In this document: positions 27,282 to 35,228 of the stretch, piece by piece
Layout of the letters: each line of letters begins with the position of its first letter
Numbering within the stretch: the first letter of the stretch is position 1
Assembly (NCBI GenBank): GCA_963581435.1
Contig: CAUZOL010000001.1
Location: forward strand, 4,731 to 68,730
Direction of reading: 5' to 3'
Source of the DNA: Planctomycetota bacterium
GTDB lineage: Bacteria > Planctomycetota > Planctomycetia > Planctomycetales > Planctomycetaceae
Length of the DNA: 64,000 bases
The notes under the pieces: model-generated
What the model was told of the DNA's origin: nothing
Databases searched by the model: none
The model's input: the letters and a program-made list of their open reading frames with translations, nothing else
Made by a program: the position numbers and the translations under genes

Positions 27282-27641
27282 GGAGAGGTTCCTACCAGAT
27301 ACGGGATGGGAGAGGGAGAGTTTGCTGTGCGTGGGAAGTGAACAGGGCGGCGTTTTGTGAATCGGAGAACTCCGGCGACCGCCAAGTGCGAGCGGTTTTT
27401 ATTAAAATTGGATATTCGGGTCAAGACCGAGCGGTCGGTTTGCCGAGAGAATTTCGTTGTCAGTTTTACAATCGAAAGACGTGCAAGACGGAAGTCTTCC
27501 CGGCTACGGAAGTTAACCCGGCAGAGATCTGCAGACGTTTTTTCAAATTGCCTGGCATGTGCCTGGAAAGCAGCATCCGGTGTGTCGAACCAGGCCGCTG
27601 AGACTTGCTGTTTCCGCTCAACTGACTTCACCGCCTTGTCT

Positions 27642-27698
27642 GCCACTGGCGTCTCGCCAGTGCAATGCGGTGGGCACTGGCGACACGCCAGTGGCACC
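27642..27698. repeat. family-B double-hairpin repeat, copy 2
   Basis: CCACTGGCGTCTCGCCAGTG...CACTGGCGACACGCCAGTGGCACCC. Lies 50 nt downstream of the DUF1559 gene stop. Confidence 0.8.
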
Positions 27699-27748
27699 CG
27701 ATTTATGACTCGCAGCACTCGCATCGTCAACTGTGATTTGCCGATGGA

Positions 27749-29281
27749 CTACCGGTTCTGGTCGGTTACGAGGTCGCCGGCGTTTGGCGTACTGAGCATT
27801 CGCAGAACGGTGGGATCGGTCTTGTTGGAATAGAACTTGACCGATCCATCCGCTTTGAGGAACAACGCGCCGGTATCGGCAGCGTTTCCAAAACCATCGG
27901 CGTCGCGATTCAACCCGCGGCCGATCATCCGCCAGTTCTCCGGCTCGCCCCATGCCGGATAGAACGAAGCGATTTCTCCAGCGACAAACGTCTGCGAGAG
28001 ACCATCGGTTAGGTCTTCGCGCGTCATGCTGGAATTACGACCGAACACGCCAACTTTAACGAGACCAACGCCTTCGATGTTCAATTCGCCTCCGAGACCG
28101 GCAAAATGGGTTGGCGCAAATTTTCGGCGGCCGATAGGACTACGATCTCCACCTGCCGCGAGGAACGCATTCACGTTGCTGCGCATCGCCGACAAATTGG
28201 CCGGATCGTCGTAGGGGACATTGAAACGAATCGAGCCGTGCAATTCCTGTTCGCCAAGATGCGGGAGCAGAGACGCCATCCAGCCATGCATCGGCTGCTG
28301 GGTGTCGTTCTTGTTGGTACGGAAGATCCCGCCGGCAGGATAATGTTGTTGCTTACGGTGGTACGACTGAAGCGCCGAACCGATGGTTTCCAGATTCGTG
28401 ATGGTTTGCTGTTGGCCGAACGATTTCCGGTAGCCCTGCCCAACTCTGGCAAACACGATCGGCCCCAGAAACATGGCTAACACGCCGAGCACCATGCCGG
28501 CGGTCGCAAACTCGCTTCCCGTTCGACGCCCACGCGAGCCTCGCACTTCCTGCCACCCAAGCAGGCCCAACATGAGGGCCGTAAATCCGGCAATTGTCGC
28601 CGGCAGTCTCAACCAGGCATCGGGCAGGAGTGCCAACGCCGCGAGTGGCACCGCGAACAGGCCAACCAGAGACGCCGCGAATGCCATATTCGACCGCCCG
28701 GTTTTCACCTCGACCTGCGCGAAAGCCGGCGCGGAATCCGCGGCGACGAACGTTTCCGTCGGAGAGGGAACAGACGTTGGCGAATCCAACAAGTGTGCGG
28801 ATTGGGTTTCGACGTGTTGAGACGTCGTCCGCGCGGTTAGTTCTTCGGTTGCGACGTCTTCAGTTTCATCTGGCTGCGGAACTGGCGAATCGGCCGGAGC
28901 GCTTTGCGGCACGGCGGGTGCGCCGCCCGACATCACTCCCCACAGTCCTTTTGGGGAAACAGACTCTGCCGAATCGGATGATGACTCCGGCTGCGCCTCG
29001 GCTAAGCGATGACTTGCGGGAGCAACGCCATCTGGTGCGCCAACCGCCTGTTGCTCGTCGTCGCCCGACTGCCCTATCACCGACCACAATCCCCTTGGCG
29101 ACGCCGACGGCTCCGACTCTTCCGTATCGGGCTTGTCAGTAGGCGTGGGCGCGCCGATCGACTCCGTTTCCGGTTGGTCGTCCGCGTCATCCGCCGGCCG
29201 GCTTGTGTCCGACGGCTCGTCGGCCGACTGGCGATTCATCAAATTCCAGAGACCGCGTGGCTTGTCAGTGGAATCGGTCAT
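27749..29281 (-). CDS. atypical DUF1559-domain protein (no prepilin leader; acidic repeat N-terminus plus TM segments)
   Basis: ORF to 29380; I chose ATG 29281. The C-terminal half carries DUF1559-like blocks (LETIGSALQSYH, HGWMASLLPHLGEQELH, THFAGLGG, LFLKADGSVKF). Confidence 0.75.
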   Translation of the reverse strand: MTDSTDKPRGLWNLMNRQSADEPSDTSRPADDADDQPETESIGAPTPTDKPDTEESEPSASPRGLWSVIGQSGDDEQQAVGAPDGVAPASHRLAEAQPESSSDSAESVSPKGLWGVMSGGAPAVPQSAPADSPVPQPDETEDVATEELTARTTSQHVETQSAHLLDSPTSVPSPTETFVAADSAPAFAQVEVKTGRSNMAFAASLVGLFAVPLAALALLPDAWLRLPATIAGFTALMLGLLGWQEVRGSRGRRTGSEFATAGMVLGVLAMFLGPIVFARVGQGYRKSFGQQQTITNLETIGSALQSYHRKQQHYPAGGIFRTNKNDTQQPMHGWMASLLPHLGEQELHGSIRFNVPYDDPANLSAMRSNVNAFLAAGGDRSPIGRRKFAPTHFAGLGGELNIEGVGLVKVGVFGRNSSMTREDLTDGLSQTFVAGEIASFYPAWGEPENWRMIGRGLNRDADGFGNAADTGALFLKADGSVKFYSNKTDPTVLRMLSTPNAGDLVTDQNR

Positions 29282-29416
29282 GTCGGCATTTCTGACCGGT
29301 AGGCAGAGAGATAAAGGAAAGGAAAAGGGAGAAACATGAAAGTCACAACTGTCTCTCACACCCCACGTTTCTCGATTCAATACTATGTCGCTGTTGCTAT
29401 TTTTTGCAACAGCCTG

Positions 29417-30436
29417 TCACTCTTCTTGCTGGGACGGTGCCAGAATCCCCGTGCCACGCGGTGGCGTAAACAACTCTTCGACGAGAATTCGCTCAGCGAC
29501 AATGCCGACTGTCTTATTGTCGGCAGTGACAATGCACAGTTCGTTTTCGGCCGCACGAAATGCGCGTAAGACTTCCAATTTGCTCGTCGTCGCATCAATC
29601 CGCCGCATCGTGCGAATGATCTCCGGCAGCGGCCTGCTTTCAATCGCCAGATCAACAACGCGCACGTAACCGTACCACGTGGAAGGTGAGTCGTGTCGAT
29701 GGAGCGGGATATGGCTTAGTCCCGCGCTGGAGGCAAAATAGAGCAGTTCTGCGGTCGATGTGTTATCGGGCATGCCGACGATGCTGACTGTGGGGACCAT
29801 CGAACCGCTCACCGGCTCGGCTGCGGTGTGCAATAGCCCGTGAACCAAACCGCCCTGGGACGCCGTCAACAACCCGGCCGAATGTCCCTGCCGCATCACC
29901 TGCGCCAAGCGAATCCGGCCAAGAACGAGCTCGAGTCGGGGCTGGCTCGCGCCACCAACGCGCTCGATGAACTTCGTTATGCCGATTAACGGCAGGCTGA
30001 CAGGAAGGAACAATCGATAGAAGAAAATGAGCCACGAGGTATCACGCCGCAAGAATCGCAGCGGTGCGCGATAGTAGAGATTCTTCGGCAGCAATTCCGC
30101 ACAGAAAAAAATGAGCGGCGAACACAACAACGTCGCCACAATTTCCACCCAGTCGGCGTTGGCAGGAAACAACGCGACAACAAACATGCCGATGGCGAGG
30201 GTTGTGATGTAGTTGGAGACATTGTTGCCAACCAAGGTGGTGGCGACGAAGTAGCTGGGATTCCGCGCGAACCAAAGTAGCCGCCGGGCGACGTCATCTC
30301 CGGTGTTGGCTTCGATGCTGAGCCGCAGAAAACTGGCGCGGTAAAACCCGGTCTCGCTACCGCTGAAGAACGCCGACAGCCGTAACCCAACGAGAAACAG
30401 TACGATTGCGCCGATAAGAATTGCCGATAGCTGCAT
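29417..30436 (-). CDS. CNNM/DUF21 transmembrane domain + CBS-pair protein (no CorC_HlyC domain)
   Basis: 339 aa. N-terminus LSAFFSGSETGFY (DUF21 signature), four TM segments, CBS-like C-terminus. Confidence 0.75.
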   Translation of the reverse strand: MQLSAILIGAIVLFLVGLRLSAFFSGSETGFYRASFLRLSIEANTGDDVARRLLWFARNPSYFVATTLVGNNVSNYITTLAIGMFVVALFPANADWVEIVATLLCSPLIFFCAELLPKNLYYRAPLRFLRRDTSWLIFFYRLFLPVSLPLIGITKFIERVGGASQPRLELVLGRIRLAQVMRQGHSAGLLTASQGGLVHGLLHTAAEPVSGSMVPTVSIVGMPDNTSTAELLYFASSAGLSHIPLHRHDSPSTWYGYVRVVDLAIESRPLPEIIRTMRRIDATTSKLEVLRAFRAAENELCIVTADNKTVGIVAERILVEELFTPPRGTGILAPSQQEE

Positions 30437-30502
30437 CAGATTTCGTTGCCTTCTGATTCAAATATGTCGAAGCGGTTTCACAATTGCAGTTTACGTGCAT
30501 CA

Positions 30503-30650
30503 TGGGAGGGCGAAGCTCCCGCCGAGCCGCGTGTGCAACGGGGAAAATCGCATAACGAGTGGATTCGGTGTCCCATTGTTGGTCATCCCTTTGGCGATGC
30601 ACCTGATAGAGCCACCCTACCCGCGGCTCGGCAGGAGCCTCGCCCTCCCA
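30503..30650. repeat. family-D MITE-like element: 29-bp inverted repeats flanking 90 bp
   Basis: TGGGAGGGCGAAGCTCCCGCCGAGCCGCG (30503-30531) matches the reverse complement of 30622-30650 at 27 of 29 positions. No ORF inside. Confidence 0.75.
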
Positions 30651-30693
30651 AAGAAGCAGTCTCGCCATTCCACGCTTCATCCCGTCACAGCCA

Positions 30694-31962
30694 TCACCCA
30701 ACTCGACTCACCATCACTCGAACGTCGCCTCGTTGTTTGGCCTCCGTCACTTCAAATTCGTACCCGTGCCACATGCAGCGATCGCCAATTTGCGGCAAGT
30801 GTTCTAATTCCTCGTGCAGCAGACCGGCGACCGTCACCAATCCGTCGGTCGTCGGTGTGTATTGCAGTTCCAGGCGGCGGCAAAGATACCGCAACGTGGT
30901 AATGCCATCGACGCGAAAACGGCCCGGCTGCACCTCCTGTACCGGCTCGCGTGAAAGCAACCGTCGCGCCCTGCTCGGTTGATGTGCGATAATCGTATCG
31001 ACAATGTCCTCATACGTCACTATGCCGACCGTCTCCCCATATTCGTTGACGACCGAAGCGACGCTGAGTAACCGATTGCGCAGCAATTGCAGTGTGTCGG
31101 CCAGATTGGCGCACCACGGCACATGCACAATCTCTTCGGCGGCGGCGTCAAGTGCGTCGGCCGATACCGCTGTGAATCGACCCATTGGAATCACGCCGTC
31201 AATGTCTTCACTGTCGCGGGCCTGAACAGCAATGTAGCCCGACGGGGGAACTTTCCCAGCAAGATCATCCAAGCGAATCGGTGCCGGTAGCGTCGGGTAT
31301 GTGCCGCGCGGGCGCATGACTTCCTCCGCAGCGATTTCAGAGAGGTCGAGTACGTTGTGAAGCACTTGCCGTTCGTGCCGAATGACCTCGGCAGTCAGCT
31401 GGGAATTGTCAATGGCCCGTTCGAGGTCGTCGGTTTCGAGAAACGGCTCGCGAGTGACGTGAGGCCAAAACGTGCGCCGCGCCATCCGCGTGAGTTGATT
31501 CAATTTGGGCGTCAACGGGTCGATGACGTGAACTGCTGCCGACAACGGCCAGACCAGCAGTGTCGCCAGAGTTCGCCGCATTACGACTGCCGTACTCTTG
31601 GGAATGACCTCACCGCACACGATAATCAGAATCAGGCTCAGCAGGCTGAAGACGCCGGCCATCGCAGCACTCTGCCCAGCCGTGTGCAAATCGTGCGCAA
31701 CGACAACGCTGACCGCGAAGTAAGTCAGGTTGATCACCAGATTCCAGAACAGAACGCCCGTCAACAGCCGATCCGGTTCACTCAGCAGAGCAGCAACCGC
31801 CCTCTCGCGCGAATTGCCGCCGCGCATGGCACGCAGTTCGTCGTGCGAAAGGTAAAACAATGCCGTCTCGCTGGCGGAGAAAAACCCCGACGCGACGATC
31901 AGACAGCCCATGCCGGCAATCGCCGGCCAAAGATCAACTACGGCATTGATGAATTCAGACAT
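30694..31962 (-). CDS. hemolysin-family protein (DUF21 + CBS pair + CorC_HlyC)
   Basis: 422 aa. GFFSASETALFYLS, CBS region, and a C-terminal transporter-associated domain (FRVDGITTL...VTVAGLL...W..YEFEV). Confidence 0.85.
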   Translation of the reverse strand: MSEFINAVVDLWPAIAGMGCLIVASGFFSASETALFYLSHDELRAMRGGNSRERAVAALLSEPDRLLTGVLFWNLVINLTYFAVSVVVAHDLHTAGQSAAMAGVFSLLSLILIIVCGEVIPKSTAVVMRRTLATLLVWPLSAAVHVIDPLTPKLNQLTRMARRTFWPHVTREPFLETDDLERAIDNSQLTAEVIRHERQVLHNVLDLSEIAAEEVMRPRGTYPTLPAPIRLDDLAGKVPPSGYIAVQARDSEDIDGVIPMGRFTAVSADALDAAAEEIVHVPWCANLADTLQLLRNRLLSVASVVNEYGETVGIVTYEDIVDTIIAHQPSRARRLLSREPVQEVQPGRFRVDGITTLRYLCRRLELQYTPTTDGLVTVAGLLHEELEHLPQIGDRCMWHGYEFEVTEAKQRGDVRVMVSRVG

Positions 31963-32034
31963 TCGGAGACAACTCGCTCGCGAAACTCAACAATGTAGAC
32001 TGGACACTTCGCTCATTCCGATCGCCAACGCCAA

Positions 32035-32108
32035 TTTAGCCGCCCCGCTTGCGGGGTGTGTCGGTAAGAGTTGGACTCAGGACACACGGGGCAAGCCCCG
32101 CGGCTAAA
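32035..32108. repeat. family-E composite palindromic repeat, copy 1
   Basis: TTTAGCCGC-CCCGCTTGCGGGG-TGTGTC...GACACA-CGGGGCAAGCCCCG-CGGCTAAA. Lies 13 nt downstream of the thiC stop. Confidence 0.85.
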
Positions 32109-32121
32109 TCTCTCTGCGGGA

Positions 32122-33909
32122 TTACAGATTCTCCGCCTGCAGTTGACGTGCTTGATCGTCGTCGGCGACGTCGCTGTGGCAGGATGCCTTCTCTTCTCCG
32201 TCGGCCATCGTCGATTGCGTCTTCGAGGCAAGTTTGTGGATTTCCGCCGGATCGAGGACACCTCGTTTTTCCAGAATCTCCTGTTGCTCAATCGTCAACG
32301 CTGCAGAGACTTTCGCCTGGTCCCACTGCATGCCGGCCGCTTTGCCGGAAGCGAATTCGACAATTTCCTTCGAAATGCGGACGCTGCACCAGTCGTGTCC
32401 GCACATGGCGCAGAAATCCGTATCCACGTCGAGATCTTCATCGTGAAATGCGCGGGCGGTGTCGGGATCGAAACTCAACTCGAAATGTTTCTCCCAGTTG
32501 AGTGCCGCGCGGGCTTTCGTCAATTCGTCGTCGCGGTCGCGTGTCCCCGGAATGCCCAACGCGACATCGGCCGAGTGCGCTGCAATTTTGTAGGCAATGC
32601 AACCCTGCTTGACGTCGTCCTTCTTGGGCAGGCCAAGATGCTCCTTCGGCGTGACATAACACAGCATGCTGGCACCGTGATAGGCGGCGGCCGTCGCACC
32701 GATGCAACTGGTAATGTGGTCGTAGCCGGGAAAGATGTCGGTGACCAGCGGCCCGAGTACGTAAAACGGTGCGCCGTGACAAAGTTGTCGTTCAAGCTTC
32801 ATATTGAACTCGACCTGATCGAAGGGGACGTGACCGGGGCCTTCGATCATGACCTGCACGCCCTTTCGCCACGCGCGTTCCGTCAGTTCGCCGAGAGTCT
32901 GAAGTTCGGCCAACTGGGCACGGTCGGTGGCGTCGGCGAGACCGCCGGGACGCAAGCCGTCGCCGATGGAAAAGCTGACGTCAAACTTCCGCATGACGTC
33001 GCAAATTTCTTCCCAGTACTCGTACATGGGATTCTGGCGATTGTGGTGAATCATCCATTTGGCCAGCAGCGAACCGCCGCGGCTGACGATGCCGATGAGC
33101 CGGTCTTTGACGAGAACGAGGTGATCCTGCAACACACCTGCGTGAATCGTAAAGTAATCGACTCCCTGATTCGCCTGATGTTCGAGGGTATCGAGGATCA
33201 TTTCGCGCGTGAGGTCTTCAATGCGGCGACCGATGATCATCGAATAGATGGGGACCGTCCCAATGGGGACCGTGCTGTTCTTGATGATAGCCTCACGGCA
33301 GTCATCGAGATTGCCGCCGGTCGAGAGGTCCATCACGGTGTCGGCCCCCCAGCGTTCGGCCCACTGCAGTTTTTCGACTTCTTCATCGGTGCCGGAGGAA
33401 ACCGGCGAGGCGCCCATGTTGGCGTTGATTTTGGTTTTCGATGCACGACCGATGGCCATCGGGTCCAACTGATAACCCAGATGCACTCTGTTGGCCGGGA
33501 TAATCATTCGTCCGGCGGCAACTTCGTCGCGAACCTGTTCGCCCGTAAGGTGGCTTTCGCGTTCGGCGACGCGTTGCATTTCTGGTGTGACCGTGCCGAC
33601 CCGTGCATGCTCCAACTGCGTGATGGGTTCGAAACCAGCGGGGGGCTGCCAGGCGGCATGCGTTTCGTAATTGGCATCGAATCCATCACGAAGCGTCCAG
33701 TCTTCCGGCATGAAGTCCCAGGCCGTCTTCTCTGAAGCAGCCGGCATCGCGGGGGTATCGGGCGAGCGATACGTGTACCGCCCTGCTCGACCGGGAAGAA
33801 TGTCGGCGGCCGGGGCAAAACTGCCCGGCGACGTTCCGGCGGCGGTTGATGAAGGGTTGATTCCAACTGGCGGCAATTGATACGAGCGATCGCTCGTCTG
33901 ATTGGTCAT
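32122..33909 (-). CDS. thiC: phosphomethylpyrimidine synthase
   Basis: Highly conserved ThiC blocks ([47 protein letters not shown]). ATG 33909 preferred; ATG 33951 is possible. Confidence 0.92.
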   Translation of the reverse strand: MTNQTSDRSYQLPPVGINPSSTAAGTSPGSFAPAADILPGRAGRYTYRSPDTPAMPAASEKTAWDFMPEDWTLRDGFDANYETHAAWQPPAGFEPITQLEHARVGTVTPEMQRVAERESHLTGEQVRDEVAAGRMIIPANRVHLGYQLDPMAIGRASKTKINANMGASPVSSGTDEEVEKLQWAERWGADTVMDLSTGGNLDDCREAIIKNSTVPIGTVPIYSMIIGRRIEDLTREMILDTLEHQANQGVDYFTIHAGVLQDHLVLVKDRLIGIVSRGGSLLAKWMIHHNRQNPMYEYWEEICDVMRKFDVSFSIGDGLRPGGLADATDRAQLAELQTLGELTERAWRKGVQVMIEGPGHVPFDQVEFNMKLERQLCHGAPFYVLGPLVTDIFPGYDHITSCIGATAAAYHGASMLCYVTPKEHLGLPKKDDVKQGCIAYKIAAHSADVALGIPGTRDRDDELTKARAALNWEKHFELSFDPDTARAFHDEDLDVDTDFCAMCGHDWCSVRISKEIVEFASGKAAGMQWDQAKVSAALTIEQQEILEKRGVLDPAEIHKLASKTQSTMADGEEKASCHSDVADDDQARQLQAENL

Positions 33910-34187
33910 TATTGTTGTCCTTGCAGGTTTGGCGTCTGTCCGGAATTCCATTCCACTGGCTGTATGATATATGTCGGCTGTGGGAATTCAACGCGCCGAC
34001 AGCGCGATTCATGATCTGAATTGCAGTTCATCTGCCGATCAACTTGTCGTAGTGTATAAAGTTCGAGACGCAAGCAATAGAATGCGGCCACAGATTATGT
34101 GATGATTTGGTCAAAGTGGTTCGTGTCCGCGGCAACTGACGCAACAGAGGGCGAGTGACGCCGTTAACATGGATAGAAGGAGACGTT

Positions 34188-35177
34188 GTGAGCTACGCGG
34201 TCTACGGAGTGGGAAACGCATTGGTTGATATTCAGGCGCAAGTCAGCGATGAAATGCTGGACAGCTTGAAATTTAAAAAGGGGGTAATGACCCTCGTCGA
34301 TGATGAGACGCAACAGCGAGTGTTGGCTGCGTTAGACGGCGTATCGGTCAATCGCTGCGCGGGTGGGTCGGCAGCAAATACGATTATCGGGGTGGCCGAC
34401 TTTGGTGGGAAGGCGGCGTATGCAGGAAAGACGGGCCGCGACCAACTTGGCGAATTCTGCCTGGCCGATATGCGGAAGATGGGAGTGACAATTGAAGTGC
34501 CACCCGCCGAGGGACGCACAGGCACCTGCGTTGTCCTGATTACACCCGACGCGCAGCGAACGATGCTGACCAGTTTGGGCGTCTCTTCGACGCTTGGCCC
34601 GGACGACATCGACGAAGACGAAATTCGCAAGGCCGAATACGTCTACGTCGAGGGATACCTGTTTACGGGCGAAAACACGAAAGCGGCCGCGCTCAAGGCG
34701 ATTGAATTGGCGAAGAGTAACGGCGTCAAAGTGGCGTTTACCGTTTCCGATCCATTTCTCATTCAACATTTCCGCGACGAGTTCCTGGCGTTGATCGAGG
34801 GACCGGTCGATTTGCTGTTTTGCAACCTGGACGAAGCACGCAGTTTGACCGGCATCGAGGACACGATCGACTGTGCGCGAGAGATTCACCGACACGCCCC
34901 AAATGTGGCATTAACATTGGGACCAAATGGTTCGATTTTGATGCACAAAGGCGAAGTGATCGCCATTGAAGGCGTGAGCGCGGAGGCGATCGACACAACC
35001 GGAGCAGGCGACATGTATGCGGCCGGACTGTTGTTTGGCATTACCAGCGGCCTGACCTGGAAACAGGCCGGTCATCTTGGTTCGCACGCGGCAGGCCGCA
35101 TCGTCGCCCAACTGGGAGCCAGGCTCGCAAACCGCTTCAGCCCAGCCGAAATTGACGACCTAATGCAGTTGGAATGA
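34188..35177 (+). CDS. PfkB-family kinase (adenosine-kinase-like)
   Basis: GTG 34188 lies 5 nt after AAGGAG (34177-34182). [10 protein letters not shown]-terminus and [12 protein letters not shown] catalytic motif. Confidence 0.8.
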   Translation: MSYAVYGVGNALVDIQAQVSDEMLDSLKFKKGVMTLVDDETQQRVLAALDGVSVNRCAGGSAANTIIGVADFGGKAAYAGKTGRDQLGEFCLADMRKMGVTIEVPPAEGRTGTCVVLITPDAQRTMLTSLGVSSTLGPDDIDEDEIRKAEYVYVEGYLFTGENTKAAALKAIELAKSNGVKVAFTVSDPFLIQHFRDEFLALIEGPVDLLFCNLDEARSLTGIEDTIDCAREIHRHAPNVALTLGPNGSILMHKGEVIAIEGVSAEAIDTTGAGDMYAAGLLFGITSGLTWKQAGHLGSHAAGRIVAQLGARLANRFSPAEIDDLMQLE

Positions 35178-35228
35178 GAGGCCGCTGCGACGCAACAGGT
35201 GGAAACGCAACGGGGGACACCGTCGATT

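Noticed and set aside
26253-27341. 362-aa plus-strand ORF mirroring the YTV-like gene
   Set aside because: It has no signal peptide or repeat logic and a Gly/Arg/Asp-rich composition. The minus-strand product has a signal peptide and periodic repeats.
30503-30650. Autonomous mobile element / IS
   Set aside because: The inverted repeats are real, but there is no transposase ORF and I could not identify target-site duplications. I kept it as a MITE-like repeat only.
32071-33735. 554-aa plus-strand ORF
   Set aside because: It is entirely antisense to thiC, whose product is unmistakable. Its composition is Gly/Arg/Val/Asp-rich and shadow-like, typical of GC-rich genomes.
33910-34187. TPP riboswitch upstream of thiC
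   Set aside because: One is expected from general knowledge, but I could not find the conserved core by eye. I did not annotate it as a feature, and it needs an Infernal scan.
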